A stretch of DNA of 64,000 nucleotides from Syntrophales bacterium (lineage in GTDB: Bacteria; Desulfobacterota; Syntrophia; Syntrophales; JACQWR01). The translations under genes were made by a program, and so were the position numbers. Below are positions 20,013 through 28,726 of the stretch, one piece after another. The stretch's first letter is position 1; the number at the start of each line of letters is the position of its first letter. The notes beneath the pieces were generated by a model that was given only the letters and a program-made list of their open reading frames with translations, made no database searches and had not been told where the DNA came from. Location of the stretch: assembly GCA_049302035.1 (NCBI GenBank), contig JBAQLR010000108.1:4886-68885 (forward strand), read 5' to 3'.

Positions 20013-21879
20013 AGATTATTATCATTTGCAATCCGAACCTTTCAGCACCCATCCCAACACCAGTACTTTCTTTATCTCCGATACGCATAAGGATGCCTGG
20101 TATTACCTACTCTTCGGCATCGATACCCATGAACCATTCCTGGTCTTAACCGGGGAATACGGTATGGGGAAAACTCTGCTGTGTCTTAGACTGATGAAGG
20201 TGCTGAAGGAAAAAGGTACGCCTTGGGTTGAATATATCCCGACCACTAATGAAGGATTTGGAGGGATATTGAGGCGCATGGCCTCAAACATGGGAATCAC
20301 TCCGATTCCTGAGGATGAAGAGATTCTTCAGGAGATGATTTATGACCGTTTCAGGGCTGATATCAAACATCGCCGTTTCTATCTGGTCATTGATGATGCC
20401 CATGAACTGGATAAAACTATACTGACCAAGTTGAAGTTTTTATCTACATTCAGCCATAACGAGTTTTTCCCTATTATTATGGTTTTTGTCGGTCACCCAT
20501 CATTTTTGCAGGATATGAGGTCTGCGGCCTTAAGTTCACTCAACCAACGCATCAAAAGACGATATCACTTGGCGGCGTTCAGTTTTGAGGATACCAAAAA
20601 TTACATTTATTTCCGTTTATTGAAAGCGGGCGCAACCGGCATTCCTGCTTTTCCAGATGAAACGATTCAAAAAATATTTCAATACAGCGGGGGTATTCCA
20701 CGCCTGATCAACAACATCTGCGATACCTGTATGCTGATTGGCGCATCAAATCACTTGGCCACAATCACTCCTGCGACTGTGGACAACGCTGAAAACCTGG
20801 TACATGGGACTTTATCGGAAGCTGAATTGGAGATAATTAACAGTGGCGATCCCCCCCCCGAACTTGAAGAACCAGCAGTTGATTGTTCAGAAGAGATCAT
20901 AAACGCAGACCTTAATGAACAAGGATCGGAACATTCGACATCCGCAAATGCTGACGAGTATGAAAAAGCAGTTCCTCCTTCCCCGACGACATTTGCAAAT
21001 GTTGACGAGTATGAAAAAGCAGTTCCTCCTTCCCCGCCAACATTTGCGAATGTTGACGAATATGAAAAAGCAGTTCCCCCTCCCCAAGGAGCGGTTTTAA
21101 TAAAAAAACGTACTTTAATAAATATACTCTGGATGTCTGCGGCCGCTATCCTGCTCATACTCTTCGGTGCCCTTTTGGCTAAGTTTTTTATTAATTATGA
21201 TAAAGGACTAAATATTAGTTCGCCCGGCTCACTGACACTGTCGCCCAAATTTCCGGTACAAACCAATGTAACGGGGTCGGAAATTCCAGCCCTGCGTGAA
21301 GAAATTGCCAACAAATCGGCGCCTGAAAAAACATCTTCATCCCTTCCAACGGATACGAATGCTTCTTGGCCAGTCGAAAGGGAGCCTTCCGCCGCCCCAA
21401 AGGCAGATTTTCCCGTAGAAAACAGTGAGCCCACGGCATTTTTTCCGTTTTCGCTCCGTTCATCAAGCTACCAGCGGGAAGAACTGGCTTTCAAGGAGCT
21501 TGCTGAAATTAGAAAAATCGGCCTCACCCCCTACCTGGTCAAAGTTGACTTAGGGGATATGGGCTCCTTGTGGCGGATCTATATTGGCTTTTATGCAAAT
21601 GAAGAAGAAGCAGTGAAAATAAAGACTAACTACAAGCTTGCCAACGCCGTTGTCCAGAAAACTGAATTTGCCTGTCTGGTTGGCGATTATTCTAACGATT
21701 CCGAGATTCTCGGTGTGTTTGACAAATTAAAAAAATCCGGCTACTTCCCTTATGCTATTCAAAAGGGCAGAAACCGTTTTCAGTTGTATTTAGGCGCTTA
21801 TGAAGGTAAGACCGAGGCAGAGTCTCTTCAGGAGCGACTTCAGAGAAATGGGCTCAAGACCCAGGTTGTAAAAAGATAG
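20005..21879 (+). CDS. ExeA-like AAA ATPase with a repeat linker, TM segment and C-terminal SPOR domain(s)
   Basis: Walker A 'GEYGMGKT' and Walker B 'LVIDDAHEL'. A TM segment 'ILWMSAAAILLILFGALLA' is followed by C-terminal SPOR-like repeats ('WRIYIGFYANEEEA', 'FQLYLGAYEGKTEAE'). Confidence 0.75.
   Translation: MYKDYYHLQSEPFSTHPNTSTFFISDTHKDAWYYLLFGIDTHEPFLVLTGEYGMGKTLLCLRLMKVLKEKGTPWVEYIPTTNEGFGGILRRMASNMGITPIPEDEEILQEMIYDRFRADIKHRRFYLVIDDAHELDKTILTKLKFLSTFSHNEFFPIIMVFVGHPSFLQDMRSAALSSLNQRIKRRYHLAAFSFEDTKNYIYFRLLKAGATGIPAFPDETIQKIFQYSGGIPRLINNICDTCMLIGASNHLATITPATVDNAENLVHGTLSEAELEIINSGDPPPELEEPAVDCSEEIINADLNEQGSEHSTSANADEYEKAVPPSPTTFANVDEYEKAVPPSPPTFANVDEYEKAVPPPQGAVLIKKRTLINILWMSAAAILLILFGALLAKFFINYDKGLNISSPGSLTLSPKFPVQTNVTGSEIPALREEIANKSAPEKTSSSLPTDTNASWPVEREPSAAPKADFPVENSEPTAFFPFSLRSSSYQREELAFKELAEIRKIGLTPYLVKVDLGDMGSLWRIYIGFYANEEEAVKIKTNYKLANAVVQKTEFACLVGDYSNDSEILGVFDKLKKSGYFPYAIQKGRNRFQLYLGAYEGKTEAESLQERLQRNGLKTQVVKR
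20944..21090 (+). repeat. tandem repeat of about 3 x 51 bp inside the ExeA-like gene
   Basis: Units start at 20944, 20995 and 21046 and encode AN(A/V)DEYEKAVPPSP(T/P)TF. Confidence 0.9.
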
Positions 21880-21973
21880 ACAAGCGTTGGTCAGCTGCAA
21901 ACACAGTACCTTTATCGAGGTCATGGTAACCTGCTTTTGTTTTTAACGTGCTGACCAAGCTAAGGAGCATCAT

Positions 21974-23038
21974 ATGAGCATATGGGAAGATGTATACTCT
22001 AAGCATAGCGAACTAAACAAGGAGGTTCCCCTTCCTAAGCATCGGGAACCTCCGATTGAGACTGATTCGGTAAACCACGAACCGCAACCAGCAACCTCTG
22101 TGTCATTTGAAGAAATGTACTATGGGACCGGCAGGCCGCAATCAGCGAATCAGCGCGTCCCTGCTTCTAAGCCTAAACAGGTAAATCCACCCATCAACGC
22201 TTCTAAGCCTAAACCGATATGTCCGCCCATCAACGCTTCTAAGCCTGAAAAGGTAAGTTCACCCATCAACACTTCTCTGCCTAAGCAAGTGAGTCCACCC
22301 ATCCCTGCCCCTTCGACAACAAAGCCACAGGCTCCCCCCTCAGAAACGGTGAGCTCCCGCTTCCTTCCTCGCCAACCGGGTAGGCTCACCACGTCCTACC
22401 CTGCGGTGCTTGCCAAAATGCGTAATCAGCTCTCCGATATGTGGGCAAACATAATGATTGAAACAAAACAAAACGTCAATTCACTGCTCATATGCGGATC
22501 CGCTCACGGTGAAGGAAGTACCTTCATATCCTTTCACCTGGCTATGTATTTGTCTAAAGAATACAACATGAAGGTAATTTATGTAGATACGAATCTCAAC
22601 CATGCAGCTATCCCGATAATGCGAAATCTTCCGGGGCTTTACTCCTTTATCTCAGAAAACAGAAAGCTTTCATCGCTCATTCTTCAAAGCGAGTATCCGG
22701 GGCTCTATCTACTGCCCTCCGGAGCCGGTAAAATTGCGAAAAATATCGGGGGTAACATGCTCACACGTGAACCGGCAGAAATCCTTATTGAATATTGCCG
22801 AAGTAATTTCGATATGACTATTATCGACGGACAGCCCGTAACCGGCAGCGCCGTCATGATTGAACTAGCGAGGCTGGCTGACATGACATTGCTGGTATGT
22901 CGATATGGATATTCACGGCAGGAAGTCTGTAAAATGGCCACGGACAAGCTTCAAAAATTTGGCATAACTTCCATAGGGGCCATTTTGAACGATCGCAGGT
23001 TTCCCGTACCTCAGAAACTTTACAGACTGATGGGGTGA
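21974..23038 (+). CDS. BY-kinase-like (CpsD/CapB/EpsG-type, MinD/ParA fold) protein with a degenerate P-loop
   Basis: The C-terminal half aligns with BY-kinase motifs (A' 'VIYVDTNL', B 'FDMTIIDGQP'). The Walker A position reads 'GSAHGEGSTF', so there is no Lys. The N-terminus is Pro-rich and repetitive. Confidence 0.6.
   Translation: MSIWEDVYSKHSELNKEVPLPKHREPPIETDSVNHEPQPATSVSFEEMYYGTGRPQSANQRVPASKPKQVNPPINASKPKPICPPINASKPEKVSSPINTSLPKQVSPPIPAPSTTKPQAPPSETVSSRFLPRQPGRLTTSYPAVLAKMRNQLSDMWANIMIETKQNVNSLLICGSAHGEGSTFISFHLAMYLSKEYNMKVIYVDTNLNHAAIPIMRNLPGLYSFISENRKLSSLILQSEYPGLYLLPSGAGKIAKNIGGNMLTREPAEILIEYCRSNFDMTIIDGQPVTGSAVMIELARLADMTLLVCRYGYSRQEVCKMATDKLQKFGITSIGAILNDRRFPVPQKLYRLMG
22163..22306 (+). 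repeat. tandem repeat of 4 x 36 bp inside the BY-kinase-like gene
   Basis: Units start at 22163, 22199, 22235 and 22271 and encode ASKPKxxxPPIN-like 12-mers. Confidence 0.85.
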
Positions 23039-23057
23039 TAGAGGTTAGGGTGGTCTG

Positions 23058-24185
23058 TTGCCTTCAATTATAAAAATTGCCGTAACCGGTCTAAGGGGCC
23101 TCCCCGCTACCTGGGGCGGTATTGAACATCATTGTGAAAACCTCTATGCACGCCTTGCGGAAAAGGGATATGACATTACCATTTATGCCCGCAACTACTA
23201 TGTTCCCAAAGGCGTCACCACCTACAAAGGGCTGAAAGTAAAACGCCTGCCAACCCTGAACCTGAAATATACCGACGCGTTGATACACACATTGCTATCT
23301 GTTATTCACATTATTTACACAAATCCTGATATCGTACATATTCATGGGATTGGCCCCTGTTTTTTTGGTTGGCTACCCCGTGTTTTCAGGCCCCGGATGA
23401 AGGTTTTTTTTACCTGCCATGGACTCGATTGGCAACGTAAGAAATGGCCCTGGTGGGCATCAAAACTGATCTACCTGGGAGAGCTTAGCGCCACCTTCTT
23501 TGCCCAGTATCGGATCGTGGTTTCCCGCGAGTTACAGAGATATTTTAGCGCTGAACATGGGATAAAAACGCTCTATATTCCGAATGGAATCACCCCCCTC
23601 CCCCCGCGTGAACCAAACCTGATCAAGCAATGGAACCTTGCGGCCCAACAGTATTTTCTCTGCGTTGGTCGCATCGTGCCGGAAAAACGCGTGGAGGATA
23701 TCATAAAAGCTTATTTGCTGAAACCAAGGCGGTACCCGCTGGTTATTGTGGGAGATAACACCGCTGCCGGACAATATATAAAAGATTTACTGGAATTGGC
23801 ACGGCAAAGTCCTTCCATAATATTTACCGGCTATCAGTTCGGAACTCTTCTGGAAGAACTGTTCTCCAACACCCTCGCTTTTTTTACCGCATCGGAACTG
23901 GAAGGGCTTCCAATCGCCCTTCTGGAAGCATTGTCATATGGAAAAATATGTGCTACAAGCGACATCCCTCCGCACCGGGAACTGACGGAAACACTTCCGG
24001 CGCTGCTGTTTCCGATAGGAGATATAGAGGCAATAGCAAGATGTATGGATGACGTTGAAGCAATGGATGAAAATCAGCTTGACTTTTTTAAGCAAAAAGC
24101 CATAGCGATGGCTCGTCGTCAGTTTAGTTGGAGTGCCGCTTGCGACGAGCATGACCACCTGTATCAAGAGAGCCTGGGCCATTGA
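23058..24185 (+). CDS. glycosyltransferase GT4
   Basis: 'GLRGLPATWGGIEHH' and 'TASELEGLPIALLEALSYGKICATSDIPPHRE'. The start codon is TTG. Confidence 0.8.
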   Translation: MPSIIKIAVTGLRGLPATWGGIEHHCENLYARLAEKGYDITIYARNYYVPKGVTTYKGLKVKRLPTLNLKYTDALIHTLLSVIHIIYTNPDIVHIHGIGPCFFGWLPRVFRPRMKVFFTCHGLDWQRKKWPWWASKLIYLGELSATFFAQYRIVVSRELQRYFSAEHGIKTLYIPNGITPLPPREPNLIKQWNLAAQQYFLCVGRIVPEKRVEDIIKAYLLKPRRYPLVIVGDNTAAGQYIKDLLELARQSPSIIFTGYQFGTLLEELFSNTLAFFTASELEGLPIALLEALSYGKICATSDIPPHRELTETLPALLFPIGDIEAIARCMDDVEAMDENQLDFFKQKAIAMARRQFSWSAACDEHDHLYQESLGH

Positions 24186-24220
24186 AAATCAACCAATGGT
24201 GGGTAAGGACGGATAGATAG

Positions 24221-25642
24221 ATGGTAAAACGAATTGAATTGGCGCTGGACGTTTTCCTCACAGTAATGGTGTTTGTTGCTGTACTCGCCGCTAAACAAAG
24301 TTGGCTGGCAGGTCCTTTTGAAGGGCTGGCCGCTACGCCCAACTATTACCTTTTGCTGCTGATGATCACCATCATCTGGTACATAACCCTGGATCTTTTC
24401 AACACCGACTATCGCTACGGCACGAAAATGACGTTCCCCTTGGTAATGGAGATATTTAAAGGGGTCACCACCAGTATCGTTGTTTTGGTGGTGGGCATGT
24501 ATATCTTTAAAATCACCGATATCAGCCGCCTGCTGATCTTTCTGTTTTATGTTATGGATCTGATCGTTCTTAATCTTGCCCGCTGGCTGACGTATCGGTT
24601 TATTACTTTAAAACACAGCAATGGCTATTTCCACCGCTATATCCTCATCCTGGGAAGCCGGACCGCCGCTCAAGAACTCATCCAATTGGTCAAAAATCAA
24701 GAGGCAAGCACTATTAAAATCGTTGGTTGTATAGAATTGAACCATGAGGATGTCGGAAAAACCGTATCCTGCGGAGTCAAAGTGATTGGAACACTGGATG
24801 ATCTTCGGGATATTTTGTTTAACCAGGTCATCGATGAAGTTTTGATCACCATGCCGTTAAATGAAATTAAGAATTCCGAGTGGTACCTGTCGTTCATCAA
24901 CACTTTTGGAATCACCGTCCGGATTATTCCCTATTGGTATATTCGGAAATTCATGACGATCCATGCCTTTCACTCCGTCAAGGTTGAGCAGTTTTTATCA
25001 GAACCGGCGCTCATCATCAGCAGGATTCAGAAAAATCAGGACGCCATGGCCATCAAATCCATTATGGATTACGTTTTGGCCATTTTCTCACTCATCATCA
25101 CCTCGCCGCTGTTCGTGATTATTCCCTGCCTGATCAAATTATTTTCTCCCGGTCCTATTTTTTATAAACAGATTCGCAGTGGTCAGGACGGCAGAAGATT
25201 CCCACTCTTCAAGTTTCGCTCCATGGCTATAGGCGCCGAAGAACAGCAATACACCCTGATAGAATTGAATGAGGCCGACGGCCCGGCATTCAAAATTAGA
25301 AACGATCCCCGCATTATTCCCTACGTGGGCAAGTTCATAAGAAAATTCGGTTTGGATGAGCTCCCCCAGTTCATCAATGTGATCCGCGGTGAAATGAGCA
25401 TTGTAGGCCCCAGGCCTCCTACCCCTGCTGAGGTGGAAAAATACGAACTATGGCAACGCCGGCGCCTCTCCATGAAACCCGGCATTACCTGTCTCTGGCA
25501 GGTCCAGCCCGGAAGAAACGACATCACCTTCAATCAGTGGATGGATATGGACATGAACTATATTGACCACTGGTCTTTGTGGCTGGATATCAAACTGATC
25601 TTGCGAACCATTCCGGCCATCCTGATCGGGCACGGCAGATAA
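24221..25642 (+). CDS. EPS priming polyprenyl-phosphate sugar-phosphate transferase (WcaJ/EpsB-like)
   Basis: Four or five N-terminal TM helices plus a C-terminal bacterial sugar transferase domain: 'GPIFYKQIRSGQDGRRFPLFKFRSM...DELPQFINVIRGEMSIVGPRP'. Confidence 0.85.
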   Translation: MVKRIELALDVFLTVMVFVAVLAAKQSWLAGPFEGLAATPNYYLLLLMITIIWYITLDLFNTDYRYGTKMTFPLVMEIFKGVTTSIVVLVVGMYIFKITDISRLLIFLFYVMDLIVLNLARWLTYRFITLKHSNGYFHRYILILGSRTAAQELIQLVKNQEASTIKIVGCIELNHEDVGKTVSCGVKVIGTLDDLRDILFNQVIDEVLITMPLNEIKNSEWYLSFINTFGITVRIIPYWYIRKFMTIHAFHSVKVEQFLSEPALIISRIQKNQDAMAIKSIMDYVLAIFSLIITSPLFVIIPCLIKLFSPGPIFYKQIRSGQDGRRFPLFKFRSMAIGAEEQQYTLIELNEADGPAFKIRNDPRIIPYVGKFIRKFGLDELPQFINVIRGEMSIVGPRPPTPAEVEKYELWQRRRLSMKPGITCLWQVQPGRNDITFNQWMDMDMNYIDHWSLWLDIKLILRTIPAILIGHGR

Positions 25643-25645
25643 CCT

Positions 25646-25678
25646 GCGATTGCCGTCGGCAATGTCAAGTTTTTTGTG
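25646..25678 (+). terminator. weak candidate rho-independent terminator
   Basis: ATTGCC/GGCAAT stem followed a few nt later by TTTTTTG, immediately after the sugar-transferase stop. Confidence 0.35.
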
Positions 25679-25728
25679 CGTTTATGATCTGGCCTGGGAT
25701 TCCCAAAGCAACAAAATCAAGGTAGCAT

Positions 25729-26083
25729 TGGTGGAGGCGGCGGGAGTCGAACCCGCGTCCGAAAACATTCCACTGAAGTTTCTACGTACGTAGACTTTGA
25801 TTTGCTTTCGCCCCCGAAAACTCCCAAAGTCAGGATTGATCAGGCGCTATTCCGTTATCTTTTCGCCCCTCCCCCGCCGGACAAAAGGGAGCAGTTATCC
25901 TGCCTGAATGACGCCCCCATCTGAGCCGACAGGCGAGCCCAGGAGAACGTTAGCCGACTAAGCGGCTAAAGCGTAATCGTAATTATCTGCGATTATGTTT
26001 TCCTACCTGTTTAACGAGGCCTGTAGGAACCTCGGTACGCTGCTGCAGCTTCAACTATCCCCGTCGAAACCGTGACGCCCCCA
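25729..26083 (-). ncRNA. ssrA: tmRNA (transfer-messenger RNA)
   Basis: On the minus strand the 5' end reads GGGGGCGTCACGGTTTCGACGGGG and the 3' end reads CGCGGGTTCGACTCCCGCCGCCTCCACCA. The internal tag frame at 25990-25958 is GCA GAT AAT TAC GAT TAC GCT TTA GCC GCT TAG = ADNYDYALAA*. Confidence 0.92.
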
Positions 26084-26171
26084 TAAGGGTAAAACTATCC
26101 TCCTGTAGTTACGGATAAGACTTTCGGCCGGAAAAGTCAAGGATAGAAAAGAGTATCTGCGCCGACAATTC

Positions 26172-26200
26172 TTGACACGCTCAGTCCTAAATGTTAATAA
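26172..26200 (+). promoter_or_regulatory. candidate sigma70-type promoter
   Basis: TTGACA (26172-26177), 17 nt spacer, TAATAA (26195-26200), 23 nt upstream of the ATG at 26224. Confidence 0.35.
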
Positions 26201-26223
26201 CTTCGCGGGACAATTAACACATT

Positions 26224-27747
26224 ATGAAAAATAGAAACAAAAGAATCATTCCTCCGGCGAAGAGGCAAGAGATTCAGCTCGGCGTAGCCTCGGTTTGGGC
26301 CGTAATCCGGGACGCCTGCCTCAATTATACCCGCAACAGCGATGTAAACCAGGCCGCCGCCATCGCCTTCTATGCCATTTTTTCTCTTATCCCGCTTCTT
26401 CTGCTGACGCTTTTGACGGCCGGTTACATCTTTAGCTCCAGTTCTCATATTCAAGATGAGATCGCCACCACCATCAGGACCATTCATCCTTTTTTTTCTG
26501 AAGACTTGCTGAATAATCTGGTGAACTTGAAGGAAAAAAACCGTCTCATCGGCGGCATCGGCAGCATCAGCCTTATCTGGCTTTCCGCCATGATCTTCAG
26601 CGCCCTGGAAAATTCATTGAATATGATCTTCCGCGCCAGAAACCACCGCAACATGATTCAGTCAAAACTCCTGGCTTTCGCCATGATCCCCCTGGGTTGG
26701 CTTGTTGCCATCATCAGCGTCGGGGTAAGCTATGCAGCGGCAATTATTCAGAAGCAGGCCCTGATAACTGACAATATCATCATCTCGCGGAGCTACGCCG
26801 CCGCCAGCCGCTATTTTCTCCCCTATCTCTTGACGATTATCTTCGTGGCCCTTTTATACAAAATTATCCCAAAGATCCGCCTGTCCACCCGCGGCGTTCT
26901 GGGAGGCGCGATAATATTTGCCACCTTGCTGCAGGCAGCCAGATTCGTATTCGCCTGGTACACAATTAACTTCAGTCATTACGATGTTATCTTCGGCACC
27001 ATGGAAGCGGTTGTGATGCTTGTTATCTGGGTATTTTACATGGCAATCATGCTGCTTTTTTGCGCCGAGCTTATCTCTTCTTATGAAAGGCGGGATCTGA
27101 TCCTGCTGGAAGCAACTTTTGTCGCACCCAACAGCAAGGCACTGCAGACCGAAGAACGCCTGTACCGTAAATTTGGCCGCTTATATCCTCCCGGCGATTA
27201 TCTCTTCCGGGAAGGCGAAGAGGGCAATGAAATGTTCTATGTCCTCGATGGTCAAATAAGGGTAGAAAAAAAGGCCGGCAAGGTATCCAAACAACTTGCC
27301 ATGCTCGGCAAAGGCGCATATCTGGGCGAAATGGCCGCCCTTATCGATGCCCCCCGCACCGCTTCGGCCGTCGCCATAACGGATAGCCACGTTGCCGTAA
27401 TCGATGGCCTCATCTTCCGCAACGTATTGCGGGAAAGTGAAGCTGTTTCCCTTTACATGCTAAAGGAATTTTCTCACCGCATCAAACATACCAACGAAGA
27501 CCTGCAACGCGCCACGCGCGCCTGGATAAAACTGATTATCGTACTCTATTTTTTGAAGGAATGGCCGCTTGCGGAGACAAGAAATCCTATCGCCGAATTA
27601 GCAGTGCTTACCACTCAAACCCCAGGCGAAATAGAGGAACTGTTTTCCTTGTTGACTAAAGAAGGCATTTTGGATATTCACGGGGGGCGCATAATCAACT
27701 TTACGAAAGAACGCGCCTGGGAACTTCTTAAAGGTCATGACCAATAA
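26224..27747 (+). CDS. YihY/BrkB-family membrane protein fused to a cyclic-nucleotide-binding domain
   Basis: N-terminal 'AAAIAFYAIFSLIPLLLL...' YihY signature with about 6 TM helices. The C-terminal 'FREGEEGNEMFYVLDGQIRVEK...GEMALIDAPRTASAVA' is a cNMP-binding beta-barrel with the RTA motif. Confidence 0.75.
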   Translation: MKNRNKRIIPPAKRQEIQLGVASVWAVIRDACLNYTRNSDVNQAAAIAFYAIFSLIPLLLLTLLTAGYIFSSSSHIQDEIATTIRTIHPFFSEDLLNNLVNLKEKNRLIGGIGSISLIWLSAMIFSALENSLNMIFRARNHRNMIQSKLLAFAMIPLGWLVAIISVGVSYAAAIIQKQALITDNIIISRSYAAASRYFLPYLLTIIFVALLYKIIPKIRLSTRGVLGGAIIFATLLQAARFVFAWYTINFSHYDVIFGTMEAVVMLVIWVFYMAIMLLFCAELISSYERRDLILLEATFVAPNSKALQTEERLYRKFGRLYPPGDYLFREGEEGNEMFYVLDGQIRVEKKAGKVSKQLAMLGKGAYLGEMAALIDAPRTASAVAITDSHVAVIDGLIFRNVLRESEAVSLYMLKEFSHRIKHTNEDLQRATRAWIKLIIVLYFLKEWPLAETRNPIAELAVLTTQTPGEIEELFSLLTKEGILDIHGGRIINFTKERAWELLKGHDQ

Positions 27748-28726
27748 CCTTAAGCGCAGGATCAACAACCAGACCTCGCGGATACTTGCGGAGACAAAAA
27801 GACTGGTGAGGGAGAAACGCTTGCTTACCGGTCTTCTGGCGTGCATGAATATCGGCATCATGAGTTTTTATACTTTCTGCGACACAGCCTGCCGCTACCT
27901 CAAAGGTGACATTGGGGGTATAGATATCAAATATGTGGGTATATTTTTTATGTCGCTCATCCTGTTTTTTTTATACCTTAATAAGAAAACAACCGTGCTG
28001 GTCCTCCTTTCCCTGGGGATCGGCGCCGAGTCTTTTCTTGCCGGTTTTCAGGTAAAAGCTGGTGTTTATTGCCCCTTTTGTCTCGCCTTCGGATTTATAT
28101 TAGCGATCATGTTCGCGATCAACTTCGAACGTAAGAAAATATATCTTATGGTCACATCGGCCTTCGTCGGACTCGCCTTCTTCTTCCTTGCTTTTAATGG
28201 TTCCACCACCCCTGCTTTCGCCGGGGAAAACGGCATTACTTCTTTTGGCTCCGGACCGATCCAGGTACGCCTTTACACCGATTATTTCTGTGGACCATGT
28301 CGCGCCGCTGAGGCGGAAATGGAGTTACAGCTCATTAATTTGCTGGAAAAAAATACCATCAGGCTCACTTTGATCGATACACCTGTTCACAAGTACACAT
28401 CCCTTTATGCACGCTATTTCCTGTATATCCTAAATGAAAGTCAGCATCTTTTTTCGCAGGCCATGCAGGCGCGCCAGGCGCTCTTCGAGGCCGCCGGGCA
28501 AAATATCAATAAGCCCGGATTACTGGAAGCCTTCCTTGGCAAAAAAAATTACAAGTTCAAACCCTTTGACGTAAAGCCCGTTTTTCGTAGTTTCGATGCC
28601 CGACTCAAGGAAGACAAAATCACCAGCACCCCCAGCTGTGTTATCATCGGACCTAGGGGCAAGGAGACCTTTGTTGGCGGGGTAAATATCGTTAAGGCCC
28701 TTAAATCACTCCAGGAAACATCGTGA
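27737..28726 (+). CDS. membrane-anchored thiol:disulfide oxidoreductase (VKOR-like CxxC membrane domain + DsbA/thioredoxin-like domain)
   Basis: Four or five TM helices with the 'CDTAC' loop cysteines and an intramembrane 'CPFC', followed by a soluble domain with 'YFCGPCR'. Confidence 0.5.
   Translation: MTNNLKRRINNQTSRILAETKRLVREKRLLTGLLACMNIGIMSFYTFCDTACRYLKGDIGGIDIKYVGIFFMSLILFFLYLNKKTTVLVLLSLGIGAESFLAGFQVKAGVYCPFCLAFGFILAIMFAINFERKKIYLMVTSAFVGLAFFFLAFNGSTTPAFAGENGITSFGSGPIQVRLYTDYFCGPCRAAEAEMELQLINLLEKNTIRLTLIDTPVHKYTSLYARYFLYILNESQHLFSQAMQARQALFEAAGQNINKPGLLEAFLGKKNYKFKPFDVKPVFRSFDARLKEDKITSTPSCVIIGPRGKETFVGGVNIVKALKSLQETS

Noticed and set aside
21886-21960. 9-bp inverted repeat TTGGTCAGC / GCTGACCAA flanking the spacer between the ExeA-like and BY-kinase-like genes
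   Set aside because: The arms are short and separated by about 55 nt. There is no T-run, and chance occurrence is plausible.
25643-25728. An ssrA-adjacent genomic island boundary
   Set aside because: There is no integrase, no phage or IS genes, and no noticed duplication of the ssrA 3' end within the adjacent EPS locus.
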